From: Chloroflexota bacterium
Lineage (GTDB): Bacteria > Chloroflexota > Anaerolineae > Anaerolineales > Villigracilaceae
Reading direction: 5' to 3'
Assembly (NCBI GenBank): GCA_016234535.1
Contig: JACRBH010000246.1
Coordinates: 27,088 to 91,087 of the forward strand
Length of the DNA stretch: 64,000 nucleotides
The translations under genes were made by a program, and so were the position numbers. Below are positions 9,744 to 19,074 of this stretch, one piece after another. The notes below the pieces were generated by a model. The model did not search any database, was not told the DNA's origin, and saw only the letters and a program-made list of their open reading frames with translations. The number at the start of each line of letters is the position of its first letter. The first letter of the stretch is position 1.

Positions 9744-10205
9744 TTATTTCAAAACTTCGGGGAGATGATCTCCCTCCACCCATTGCTCACTGTTTGGACC
9801 GAATTCCTTTTTCCAAACAGGGACGATTTCCTTGAGGCGGTCAATGCCATAACGTGCAGCGTCAAAGACTCCTGTATCACGATGAGGAGATGTGCAGGCG
9901 ATTAGAACCGTTGGTGTGCGGGGATAAAGACGGCCTATTCGTTGAACAATGGCAATCCCTTCCACAGTGTTCCAGCGTGCCCGAATCTCATCAGCGACTT
10001 GTTTCATTTTTTCTTCGGCCATCGGTTTATAGGCCTCGTATTCCAGATAAACCGTTTCGTGCGGATTATCGCGGCTGGTGATTCCACGCACCATGCCAGC
10101 AAAGATAGCCGCGGCACCCGTGGAAGGAAGAGTGACATGAGCGACCAGATCGTTCAAGTCGATCTCTTCTTCGGTAATCAAAGCAATGGTTGGAAAATCG
10201 CTCAA
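9744..10205 (-). CDS. moaE: Molybdopterin synthase catalytic subunit
   Basis: GAAAIFAGMVR, LEYEAYKPMA, HR, IDRLKEIVPVWKKE; TTG start with GGAGG RBS. Confidence 0.92.
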   Translation of the reverse strand: MSDFPTIALITEEEIDLNDLVAHVTLPSTGAAAIFAGMVRGITSRDNPHETVYLEYEAYKPMAEEKMKQVADEIRARWNTVEGIAIVQRIGRLYPRTPTVLIACTSPHRDTGVFDAARYGIDRLKEIVPVWKKEFGPNSEQWVEGDHLPEVLK

Positions 10206-10206
10206 C

Positions 10207-10455
10207 TCAACCTCCAGAGACTGGGGGAAACAGCGCGATTTCCGCCCCCACAGGAATCTGGGATTCATCAAAGGCATATTCCTGGTTGATCGCCACCAGT
10301 GAACTCTCCACTAAACCATTCAGGGAGAGAAATTTCTGCCCCAAAATGGTTTTAAGATTAGCCACGGTCGCATCCGCAGGAATTTCCAAATGGGTGAACT
10401 TCATACCCGCCCGCTCGCGCAGGGTGGCAAAAAAGAAGACTGTAATATTTTTCAT
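10207..10455 (-). CDS. moaD: Molybdopterin synthase sulfur carrier
   Basis: FFATLRE...AINQEY...FPPVSGG C-terminus. Confidence 0.92.
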   Translation of the reverse strand: MKNITVFFFATLRERAGMKFTHLEIPADATVANLKTILGQKFLSLNGLVESSLVAINQEYAFDESQIPVGAEIALFPPVSGG

Positions 10456-10483
10456 CGTCAATGATTACCTTTTATCAAACATA

Positions 10484-11746
10484 TTATGGACAGCGGATGA
10501 CGCCCTGTGCCCATAGACAGCCACCGCAGGCGAGTTCTGTATTGCCAAGGCAATCTTCCTGGTTATTGTCAGAAAGTCCGCACCCGTTACAAAAAGTGCA
10601 GGGAGAAAAGTCAAAACGCTGCACGCGCTCACGTAAATTTGAATACTCTTTGTCGTTCCAAATATCCAGCAGATTTCGCTCAAGGACGTTTCCAACTGCG
10701 TAAGCCTTGGAATGCCGTAAGCGCTTCTCGAAATAATTTTGATTGGTGTGTAAAAGCGGCAGGCACGGACAGACGCTTCCGTCCCAGCGGATGGCGGTGC
10801 TGCCCTGCTCGATGAACGGACAACTGTCCACGGCTCGGTTAACTTCATAGCCTGCCACTTCCAACTGATATTTCCGTCCGTAAATCTCTGCAAGTACATC
10901 TTTTGTAAGATCGTTCCAATCCATGCGCGCCAGGTTTATATGTGGGAAGGATGTGTTCAGGCGCGCGGCGTTATTAAAAATCGTGCGCTTGTAAAGAACC
11001 TGTTCATGCAACTCAGGTGTGTGAGCCAATACATTGCTAATCGAAAATTGTTTGGCTCCCAGGCTAATGCCCATTCGCAAAACTTCTGGCAGATCGGCGA
11101 TATTGCTTTTCATCGCAACAAATGCGATACCAAGGTTCGGCTTGGAATTGTCAATATCGGTGGCCTTATAGCGGATCGTGCTCAGGGTCTTCAGGTTGTC
11201 AATCACTTTTGGAAGCGACGAACCCAGCCGCACATCCGCATAACTTTCCGGGGAGGAACCATCCAACGAAACCCAGAGCACATCCAGCCCGGCGCGGATG
11301 AACTGAAGCGAACGCTCTTCAGTGAGCAAAATGCCATTCGTGATTAATTCAACTCGTGCGCCAAGAGCTTTAATCCGCTGTACCCAGGTGACTATCTTTG
11401 GGTGAATGAGCGGCTCGCCGTAACCGCCGAAGAAAACAGTGGGCAATGGAAACATCGATTGCAACCCTTCAAAAATACGCTCGAAGGTCTCATCGCTCAT
11501 CGTCCCTGCCGATTCACCCCATACATTTCTCATGCAGGTGACACAATCCAGATTGCATAGATTGGTCGGTTCAACGTAAATTTTAGCCAGGTGTGTCGTT
11601 GGCCTCAATAACCTGATCTCATTACTGCCTTCGTCCAAATGGATTTCAGTCCCCGGTTTGATCCCAAAGCGTGAAGCAATTTCAGGAGGGAATATCATTC
11701 GCCCGTCTTCATCGATGCGGGCTTTTGCAAGTTGCTTTTGATTCAT
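10484..11746 (-). CDS. Radical SAM/SPASM protein, tungsten-oxidoreductase maturase type, with AbrB-like N-terminus
   Basis: CNLDCVTC motif; C-terminal CP...C...CTFCNGC...CGGCLWAQGVIRCP; located in AOR operon. Confidence 0.8.
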   Translation of the reverse strand: MNQKQLAKARIDEDGRMIFPPEIASRFGIKPGTEIHLDEGSNEIRLLRPTTHLAKIYVEPTNLCNLDCVTCMRNVWGESAGTMSDETFERIFEGLQSMFPLPTVFFGGYGEPLIHPKIVTWVQRIKALGARVELITNGILLTEERSLQFIRAGLDVLWVSLDGSSPESYADVRLGSSLPKVIDNLKTLSTIRYKATDIDNSKPNLGIAFVAMKSNIADLPEVLRMGISLGAKQFSISNVLAHTPELHEQVLYKRTIFNNAARLNTSFPHINLARMDWNDLTKDVLAEIYGRKYQLEVAGYEVNRAVDSCPFIEQGSTAIRWDGSVCPCLPLLHTNQNYFEKRLRHSKAYAVGNVLERNLLDIWNDKEYSNLRERVQRFDFSPCTFCNGCGLSDNNQEDCLGNTELACGGCLWAQGVIRCP

Positions 11747-11760
11747 GAATTCCCTTTTTA

Positions 11761-12750
11761 CTATCCTCCAATCTGTGCCATGCGGCGGGATTCAGGATAG
11801 TGCTGCGAGAGTAACTCGTGTCCTTTTGGTTTGGCGTCTACGGCATTTTGGATCAATGGGAGCAGCGGCTCGTTCGCGCGTAATGCGCCGCGAACATTGA
11901 CTTCACCGTCCAATAAAAGGCAGGGTCGAAGAAAACCATCTGCGGTGAGGCGCAGGCGGTTGCAGTTTTGACAAAAATGTTCGCCAAGCGGCGAGATAAA
12001 TCCGACGGTACCCAACGCGCCAGGAATTTGGAATGTACGAGCGGGGCCGTTACCTGTAGGGGTCATGGCAGGTTCGAGTTCATAGTGCGAAAGGCGCGTT
12101 TGCATTTCCTGCACTGAAATGTAACGGTCAATCAACGAAGGAAAACCTGCGCCCCAATTCTGCGCGTTGCCCACAGGCATCAATTCAATGAAACGCACAT
12201 GCCAGGGGTTTTCAATTGTCAGCCGCGCGAGAGCGGATAATTCGTCAGCGTTGAGTCCGTTCACGACAACGGTATTCAGCTTGATGGGCGAAAGATGCGC
12301 AGATTCGGCGGCGGCGATCCCGCGCCAGAGGCGGTCAATCTCCCCGCCGCGCGTGATGCGTTTGAACTTATCCGCATCCAGTGTGTCGAGGCTGATGTTC
12401 ACCCGCTTCAAACCCGCATCGGCCAATGGCTGGGCAAGTTTTTCGAGAAGCATGGCATTGGTCGTGAGGCTGACCTCTTCAATGCCAGGGATGGATGCAA
12501 GCCGCGCCACAATCTCGACGATGTCCGCGCGAACAAGCGGCTCGCCGCCCGTGAGACGAATGCGCTTCACCCCGACCTGTGACATGCTTGCCGTTACCCG
12601 GGCAATTTCTTCCGCTGAAAGTTGATTCTCGCGCGCCTGCCATTCGATACCTTTTTCAGGCAGACAGTAAACACAGCGAAGATTGCAACGATCCGTGACT
12701 GAGATACGCAGGTATGTAATGGAACGTCCGAAGTGGTCGGTGAGAGTCAT
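11761..12750 (-). CDS. moaA: GTP 3',8-cyclase
   Basis: LRISVTDRCNLRCVYC, FCQNCNRLRLTADG, C-terminal IGG. Confidence 0.95.
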   Translation of the reverse strand: MTLTDHFGRSITYLRISVTDRCNLRCVYCLPEKGIEWQARENQLSAEEIARVTASMSQVGVKRIRLTGGEPLVRADIVEIVARLASIPGIEEVSLTTNAMLLEKLAQPLADAGLKRVNISLDTLDADKFKRITRGGEIDRLWRGIAAAESAHLSPIKLNTVVVNGLNADELSALARLTIENPWHVRFIELMPVGNAQNWGAGFPSLIDRYISVQEMQTRLSHYELEPAMTPTGNGPARTFQIPGALGTVGFISPLGEHFCQNCNRLRLTADGFLRPCLLLDGEVNVRGALRANEPLLPLIQNAVDAKPKGHELLSQHYPESRRMAQIGG

Positions 12751-12990
12751 TTAGCCGCCTCCGACTGGAGGGAACAACCCAACGACATCGCCATCTTTGA
12801 GATTTGAATCGTGCTCCTCGATGATGTTGTTGACAAAAATGACATGCGTCTCTTGCGGTGGAATTTTCAACAGATCAATTAAATCCTTTACATGGGACCC
12901 ATCGGGCAGATCAACTTCAAAGGGCTTGCCAGACTGGGAACCTTCGTTGAAACGAACGAGGGTTGCAAAAAGTTTTACGGTAACACGCAT
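12751..12990 (-). CDS. MoaD/ThiS family sulfur carrier
   Basis: VKLFATL...LKDGDVVGLFPPVGGG. Confidence 0.88.
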   Translation of the reverse strand: MRVTVKLFATLVRFNEGSQSGKPFEVDLPDGSHVKDLIDLLKIPPQETHVIFVNNIIEEHDSNLKDGDVVGLFPPVGGG

Positions 12991-13013
12991 GTTCGTCTCA
13001 TCCAGAATCAAGC

Positions 13014-13814
13014 TCAACTTATTTTGAAGACCACATTTGCCGGGCTTGAAGAGATCATCTTTTCGGAAATTTCGCTGGGCATAATTCCCAGGGTGATCTG
13101 TCTGTCACCTCTTCGCAACTGAATGCGGGCAAACCCAAGATCAGATGCCGGCAGAGGAAAGGGAATATATTCTGTAATTTCCCAATCGTGGGCTGGCAGT
13201 TCACGCAGATAAAAAGCCTGCAAGGCTCCAATCCCATCCGCGCCTGAATACGCACGCCATTGCTCGGGATCAGATACATCGGGCAGAATGCTTTTCGGGT
13301 CTACCACTGTGTAAGCTGGCGGCAGGGGCAGCCCTTCAGCGTTCGTTTCAATTCCCAGAATTCGTTCTGGAAAACGCAGGCTGGAAATGATCTTTGTCGC
13401 AACAGGCTCGAACTGTTCCCGCACTTCCTTGGGGTGAGTCACCATGAAATGAAAGACACGGAAATCACGCATCAGAATGCCGGTCCACAAGCGCTGGTTA
13501 TCTTTTTTGGGAAGCACGATTTCCGCTTCAAGACCAGTTGCCTGTCCGATTTTCCATGGAGCAGACCCCACTTCCTTGGCCCCCAGCATTCCTGCCAGCA
13601 TTCCGATATGTTTATTCCAAAGAGGCCCAATGGGTTGACCCGACCAATTCCACTCCCCTCGCACCAGCAATTGCCCGGCATCTTCTCCAAAATAATACGC
13701 ATCCAACGCTTCGGGTATGGTCACAAAAGCATCCGCATCCTGCACCGTTTGATGAGTCCAGTGATCGGGATATGTAAGTTCATATCCCCAAAGGATGTGT
13801 CGGAATATAGTCAT
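13014..13814 (-). CDS. Hypothetical protein in AOR operon
   Basis: 266-aa co-directional ORF between aor and moaD-like gene; no recognised motif. Confidence 0.7.
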   Translation of the reverse strand: MTIFRHILWGYELTYPDHWTHQTVQDADAFVTIPEALDAYYFGEDAGQLLVRGEWNWSGQPIGPLWNKHIGMLAGMLGAKEVGSAPWKIGQATGLEAEIVLPKKDNQRLWTGILMRDFRVFHFMVTHPKEVREQFEPVATKIISSLRFPERILGIETNAEGLPLPPAYTVVDPKSILPDVSDPEQWRAYSGADGIGALQAFYLRELPAHDWEITEYIPFPLPASDLGFARIQLRRGDRQITLGIMPSEISEKMISSSPANVVFKIS

Positions 13815-13826
13815 TGGCTAGTAGTA

Positions 13827-13858
13827 TTTAGGGGGCGGCAGATCTGCCGCCCCCTAAA
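13827..13858. terminator. Perfect 32-bp palindrome downstream of aor (terminator/stabiliser)
   Basis: TTTAGGGGGCGGCAGA|TCTGCCGCCCCCTAAA. Confidence 0.6.
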
Positions 13859-13877
13859 AATTTATTTTTCAGGCTTA

Positions 13878-15635
13878 CTAGTTCTCATGCACCCAGCCAA
13901 AGACCGAGTCAAGTTGTTTGTCCGTGATGGTCCATTTGACGTTGTGAGGCGGCAGCGCTTCTTCGCGCATGAATTCCGGCGGGCGGTCATCCTCGGCAGT
14001 AAAGCCGGCTTTCTCGTTGAAGAGACGTTCCATCTTCAATATTTCCTTGCCAAGCGGAACTACATCCGCACCGGTGATGTTCAACCCGGTGACACCAGCG
14101 ACTGACTCAGCCATTCCTTCCCAGCCCTTTGCAATATCGAGGATCGGGAAAGCGATGAACAGACAGTAACCGGAACTATCGATAAACGCTGTAGCTGCCT
14201 GGAAAGTGAGCGACAATTCAGCCTTGCCGTCATCAGACAACGGGTCCAACTTGCCACTGACGCCGGCAATTTCTGGCGCAATGGTGTAGCCAGCAGTATG
14301 GTCCGCACCCATGGGAGTTGTGGCGTACGTGACGCCAATGCCTTTGACGGCGCGCGGTTCATACGCTGGCATGGATTGGTGTTTGACAACCGGCACGCGG
14401 CTCACGCCGAAAGCTTTGGCTGTGGCTTCAACACCCTGTCCGAGAATACGGCCAAGCGGCGTTCCCTTGCGGATTTCATCGAAGGTCTTGAAAGCGCCTT
14501 CAGCATCACCGAATTCAAGCAAGCCGCCTTCCATTGCAATCGCGACAGTGTTTCCAGCCTCGATAGTATCCAGGCCGATGTCATTGCATTCGCGGGTCAT
14601 TTTGGCGATGAAATCCAGGTTGTCAATTCCGCAGTTTGCGCCCATCGACCAGGTGGTTTCGTATTCGATGCAGGAGACAATCGCTTCGCCAGACTCGTTC
14701 GGGTAGATATTGGAGCATTTGATGATACAGCCGGGATGACAGCCATGTCCCATCGTCCCCTCGCCGCCGCGTTTCTCACATACTTCGGCTATTGCTTCGC
14801 CGGAGATTTTTGTCGCACCTTCAAACTGCCCGGCGCTGAAGTTACGGGTGGGCAAACCACCGGCTTCATTCAACAGGTTGACCAGGACGGCTGTGCCAAA
14901 GGAATTCAAAGCGCCGGCTTTCTTGGTCAGGCCATGTTCCTGAATCGATTCGGTCAATTTCTTGCGTCCCTGCTTGAAGAGTTCCTGGTTTTGAATCTCA
15001 ACTCCAGGTCCACCGGCATCTACAATCACCATGGCTTTTACACCGCGCGCGCCCATGACCGCCCCCATGCCGCCGCGACCCGCATAGCGTCCCGGTTTAT
15101 TTTCGGGATCATTGACCGAGATGCCTGCATTGGAGAGTTTCATTTCGCCGGCCTGTCCGATGCCGATGACGGCTGTCTTCGGATATTTCTTCCAAAGGAG
15201 TTCATCAACTTCGTACATGCCTTTGCCAAACAAGTCTGCGGCTGATTCGAACTTTACGCCATCCTTGCTGACAACGAGGGTGTACCATTCGCCTTTCGCC
15301 GGTGTACCTTCCACGATGATGGCTGCCAGGCCGAGCTTGGCGATCATTTGTCCGCTGAGACCGCCAGCGTTGGATTCCTTGATGCCCCCCGTGAGCGGGC
15401 TCTTCCCGCCGAAAGAGGTGCGTCCACTGCTGGGAGCTGCCGGTGAGCCAGTCACCCAGCCTGGAGCGATGACAACCTTGTTGTTCGGCCCGAGTGGATG
15501 GCACATCGGGTCAACCTCATCGCAGACGATTGCTGACGTCAGGCCACGACCAGCCCAACGCGACCACTTTTCAGGCACATCCTCATAGACGGCCTTCAGT
15601 TCGGTCATATTGATTCTTAGGATCTTCTTTGCCAT
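13878..15635 (-). CDS. aor: Tungsten-dependent aldehyde:ferredoxin oxidoreductase
   Basis: KSPLTGGIKESNAGG, AGRGGMGAVMG, CHPGCIIKC, EYET, CNDIGLDTI, YEPR, GADH; RBS GAAGGAG. Confidence 0.93.
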   Translation of the reverse strand: MAKKILRINMTELKAVYEDVPEKWSRWAGRGLTSAIVCDEVDPMCHPLGPNNKVVIAPGWVTGSPAAPSSGRTSFGGKSPLTGGIKESNAGGLSGQMIAKLGLAAIIVEGTPAKGEWYTLVVSKDGVKFESAADLFGKGMYEVDELLWKKYPKTAVIGIGQAGEMKLSNAGISVNDPENKPGRYAGRGGMGAVMGARGVKAMVIVDAGGPGVEIQNQELFKQGRKKLTESIQEHGLTKKAGALNSFGTAVLVNLLNEAGGLPTRNFSAGQFEGATKISGEAIAEVCEKRGGEGTMGHGCHPGCIIKCSNIYPNESGEAIVSCIEYETTWSMGANCGIDNLDFIAKMTRECNDIGLDTIEAGNTVAIAMEGGLLEFGDAEGAFKTFDEIRKGTPLGRILGQGVEATAKAFGVSRVPVVKHQSMPAYEPRAVKGIGVTYATTPMGADHTAGYTIAPEIAGVSGKLDPLSDDGKAELSLTFQAATAFIDSSGYCLFIAFPILDIAKGWEGMAESVAGVTGLNITGADVVPLGKEILKMERLFNEKAGFTAEDDRPPEFMREEALPPHNVKWTITDKQLDSVFGWVHEN

Positions 15636-15707
15636 TTCGGTTACTCCTTCAAGTTGATACAAGATTGGATTTTTTATGTACAAACAGTTTACAAGTCACT
15701 CATCCGG

Positions 15708-16055
15708 TCATTTATAAGAATGGCGCATGGCACCATGTTCCTCCAGCATTTTTCTCAATCCATCGGAAATGGGAAGTCCATCCCGGTATTGATATGGCAC
15801 CAAACGGTCAACAGAGAATATTCCCACGTGGTCGCCATCCTTGAGCAATTCATTGGCTCCTGTTGATATGCCGGGGACTTCACATATCATTGCGTTGATG
15901 AACAGGTAGCCGCGTTCGTTTTCTGGAATGCCAAGTTGGCACAATAATTCAGCCTTCCCAGCGCCCTGTTCGAGCTCAACATCCATTTGCGCAACATAAC
16001 GTCCGCTACCGAATCTAGCCAAAGAACCATATAAACTAACATTGATTTTGATCAT
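15708..16055 (-). CDS. ThiS/MoaD-like ubiquitin-fold protein lacking terminal GG
   Basis: VSLYGSL...LFIN...LKDGDHVGIFS followed by a roughly 35-aa extension. Confidence 0.7.
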   Translation of the reverse strand: MIKINVSLYGSLARFGSGRYVAQMDVELEQGAGKAELLCQLGIPENERGYLFINAMICEVPGISTGANELLKDGDHVGIFSVDRLVPYQYRDGLPISDGLRKMLEEHGAMRHSYK

Positions 16056-16059
16056 GAAA

Positions 16060-16077
16060 TTGTGAGGGCAATCACAA
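16060..16077. promoter_or_regulatory. Rex/CRP-type operator at start of AOR operon
   Basis: TTGTGA-GGGCAA-TCACAA palindrome. Confidence 0.55.
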
Positions 16078-16106
16078 ATAGTTTAGAACAAATTCCCCTT
16101 TAACAG

Positions 16107-16165
16107 GCTGTCTAAAGTACAGTCTTTACATCCAATTTCAGGAACCCCACTATACTTTCGGCCAG
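16107..16165. promoter_or_regulatory. Paired NarL/LiaR-type boxes upstream of AOR operon
   Basis: GCTGTCTAAAGTACAG (16107) and CTATACTTTCGGCCAG (16150), starts 43 bp apart. Confidence 0.65.
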
Positions 16166-16202
16166 TTACCGCCCGACAGAATCAAAAGTCCCTGCGCCAA
16201 AC

Positions 16203-16235
16203 AAAAAAGTGACAGTCAACTATGCGACTGTCACT
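16203..16235 (-). terminator. Intrinsic terminator after FIST-like gene 1
   Basis: AGTGACAGTC-N8-GACTGTCACT stem with T-tract on minus strand. Confidence 0.7.
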
Positions 16236-16268
16236 CGAATAACGTTGGAAAAATCGATGTTGGATTGG

Positions 16269-17507
16269 CTAACGGGCGGGCAAATCTGAGATGGTCAGGT
16301 ATGCCATGGTTTGGTTCAATAATTGATAGACCACTTCGCCAAAGGTGGTCGGCCCTGTGATTTCCCCGGTGCATTTTCCCTCAAGTTCCGAATACATGTA
16401 GTTTAGAATGCAATTACATGAAAAAGCGGGGTGTTCGCCCAGATGCAGTGGTATTTTCGAGGTGAATTGTTTAACGTAGTCTTCAAGGGGTTTTGCATGT
16501 TTATAGGAAACGCCTGCAAACACAGGCGCATATAGTTGAACTTCCTGTTTTGCCGTATCCACGTTTTGAAAACTAACATTGACCATGGATCCAAAATAAT
16601 CAGCTACAAGCGGCAACCTTGTATCCAAGCTTTGGCGGGTCACATACTCTGCAAAGTTGGCCTCAACCCCATTGATATAAGCCTCGCGTATGCTGAAACC
16701 GTCTTCGGGAAACGTAATTGTATCGCCATCGCCTTGTTCAAAGATATTGATATAGTTGATTTCGGCGACCTGGGTCGGTGGTAACGCCGCGTGTATGACA
16801 ACTGCTCCGTTTTCCAACACTGTTTGAGTTCGTCCGTCGAACACCTTTGGTGTGACCCTGCCAATGTCCTCGAGATGCACGCCTGCAATCCAGCCGATCA
16901 AAGGGCTGTGACCAAACCCCTTGTAGCGCGGAGCATGCAAGGCAAATTCAAAATGCGCCTGGGATGATGCGGGAATAACGATGAGGCTGAAACCATTCTC
17001 CGCCATATCAGCATAAACATCCGGAAGCGTTTCTGCATTGTAAGTCTTAATGGATATCTCAGTGACCCCTTCCGGCATTTCGGTAACGTAAACTTTATCC
17101 CGTGTAACCAAACCACCCGTTTCAGTCATGAAGTATGGGATTGACCCGCCAATCCATTTCCCAACTGGCAATTGCCTGAGAAGTTCTTCGTCTCCGGCCA
17201 GTAACAGTTTTTGACCATGCGCAATCTTTTCCTTGACTTCGGAAATGTCATACATATATCCATCCAATCTGTCCTTACCAAAGATTTGGAACAGATCCTT
17301 TTGCACACAAAATAAATCCATATTTCGGACGAACAGATCGCGAAGTTCATGTATGCATTTCTGGATTGTCTTCGGAGATGGATTTTCCTTAACTTGAAGC
17401 ATCAAGAAACTCAACAGAAACTTCGTACCTAGAAACTCAAATTGGAACCTGCTTTTACCGGAAACAATATTGCTCCAGGCGGGATGCGAAATAGGCGGTA
17501 TGTCCAA
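16269..17507 (-). CDS. FIST-like (DUF6976-type) protein with about 80-aa N-terminal extra domain, paralog 1
   Basis: LLLAGDE, WIGGSIPYFM, FSCNCILNY, TGPTTFGEVVYQLLNQT; TTG start with AAAGGAG RBS matches paralog start. Confidence 0.75.
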   Translation of the reverse strand: MDIPPISHPAWSNIVSGKSRFQFEFLGTKFLLSFLMLQVKENPSPKTIQKCIHELRDLFVRNMDLFCVQKDLFQIFGKDRLDGYMYDISEVKEKIAHGQKLLLAGDEELLRQLPVGKWIGGSIPYFMTETGGLVTRDKVYVTEMPEGVTEISIKTYNAETLPDVYADMAENGFSLIVIPASSQAHFEFALHAPRYKGFGHSPLIGWIAGVHLEDIGRVTPKVFDGRTQTVLENGAVVIHAALPPTQVAEINYINIFEQGDGDTITFPEDGFSIREAYINGVEANFAEYVTRQSLDTRLPLVADYFGSMVNVSFQNVDTAKQEVQLYAPVFAGVSYKHAKPLEDYVKQFTSKIPLHLGEHPAFSCNCILNYMYSELEGKCTGEITGPTTFGEVVYQLLNQTMAYLTISDLPAR

Positions 17508-17819
17508 AACGTTCTCCTTTCCACAGTATCTTATTCTCCCTTCCAGGGATTCATAATCAAGACACCATGGCCAGCTACCGAACAATTCTATCCAATTAAA
17601 CTGCCTGGAGTATGGTTGAAGGCAGGTATAAGTGGGGAGTCTTAGTATTATAAAAGAGTTAGCCCAAAACAACCTTACAATTCATTTAGAGAATATCAAG
17701 CTTAAAGTTATGATCCCTACGCTACTAATACGCCAGGTATTTAAAGAGAGCATTACAAGAACGCGCAATTAATATCGCACCTTCTCCGCAAGAGTATATC
17801 TCTTATAGTTTTTCTCGGC

Positions 17820-17878
17820 CTATTCTTAAGATCAGTTTTTCTGTGTACCAGGCAGGGAGCACCTGTACTTCTGACCAG
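17820..17878. promoter_or_regulatory. Paired NarL/LiaR-type boxes upstream of FIST-like paralog 1
   Basis: CTATTCTTAAGATCAG (17820) and CTGTACTTCTGACCAG (17863), 43 bp apart. Confidence 0.6.
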
Positions 17879-17990
17879 ACTGACTACTTCGAGCAAGCAT
17901 AGGACCATAATACAAGTGATTCTGGGTCAATAAGAATGCGTCCCTCCCCTTTTTTGAGGAGGGACATTAACCCTTTATCAAGAAGTTTGA

Positions 17991-18521
17991 TTATGCCCGC
18001 GCTGCACCAACGACTGCTTTTTTCTCCGGCATTAGCACACCGACAATCCAAAGCGATAACCAGGCGAGTATCTCACCGCAAAACAAAGGTATCAACGTGG
18101 CAATCGTCACGGTCACCGGGGCGGCAGTGGGCAACATCCCACTGACACCGAACCAGGCCGCTGCCCCACAGAATCCCGCCGGCACTGCAGCCCATAAGTT
18201 ATTGAATCCGCTTAAGGCAGTGATGGGCCATGCAACAAGGAACACAAAGATTCCCAATACGATAAAGTTGGGATCAGTCACTTTCAACGCAGCATAGAGC
18301 CAGATGAATAGACCGGTCAAGATGGCCCCAGTGGAAAGTTGTATGAGACCATTGCGCATTCCGGTGCCATTAGCCCCCAGATAAAAGAACGCAGCCCAAC
18401 CGATGAATGTCGGCCAAAGTACAAATGGGATGGAGCCAAAGCTTCCGACCTTCAGAACAACAATCGTCCAGATGCCCGCCAGTATAGCAATACTGGTTGC
18501 GAGTGCAAGTGTTTTTTTCAT
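17991..18521 (-). CDS. DUF1097-family membrane protein
   Basis: About 6 TM helices, WPTFIGWAAFFYLG and VPAGFCGAAAWFG motifs. Confidence 0.75.
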   Translation of the reverse strand: MKKTLALATSIAILAGIWTIVVLKVGSFGSIPFVLWPTFIGWAAFFYLGANGTGMRNGLIQLSTGAILTGLFIWLYAALKVTDPNFIVLGIFVFLVAWPITALSGFNNLWAAVPAGFCGAAAWFGVSGMLPTAAPVTVTIATLIPLFCGEILAWLSLWIVGVLMPEKKAVVGAARA

Positions 18522-18840
18522 TGAAACATTCCTCTTATGAGCGTACTCAGATTTGGTGGAAATAACCAATGTCAGGCTCCGCGGTCAGGCCGCCGATATT
18601 TGAATGCCTTGAACCATACGGGCTTTTACAATCACAACATGCGATTCTATCGCTGGCGACAAAATGAGAGTATCCAAGCTTTGTTTTTCACCTCCAATCA
18701 CCGTTTGGGCAAGGAGACAATACCCAGGAAAAGCGCGCTGAAAGATGCTTTTAAATTAACAATCAGGAATTTAGCAGGGTCAACAATTCCAATTGCGATT
18801 GATTTCGAAAACAGTATATTGCAAATGACCCGTCATAAAT

Positions 18841-18899
18841 CTGCCCTAAAGTATGGTTTGTACTTACAATAAACAGGGGATGCCTGTACTTTTGGTCAG
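18841..18899. promoter_or_regulatory. Paired NarL/LiaR-type boxes upstream of DUF1097 gene
   Basis: CTGCCCTAAAGTATGG (18841) and CTGTACTTTTGGTCAG (18884), 43 bp apart. Confidence 0.65.
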
Positions 18900-19074
18900 G
18901 CAAGTCGCGATGCGGAGGTGGTATGAATGCTGGAATTGGATTTCTTTTCAAAATCAGGTCGTTGATGGAATATCAGTAGCCCGTGAAGAATCCCCCAACT
19001 CGACACCCCCTCCAGTCGAATCAATAAAAATGGAACTTGTTTAAGTTGTATATTGGTATAAAGTGAAGGAAGAA

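Noticed and set aside
14298-15245. Long antisense ORFs (also 26937-27911, 44024-44965, 62385-63332)
   Set aside because: They are shadows of well-supported genes on the opposite strand and carry no motifs.
16056-16268. Moco/Wco riboswitch before the AOR operon
   Set aside because: No recognisable motif; an Rfam/Infernal scan would be needed.
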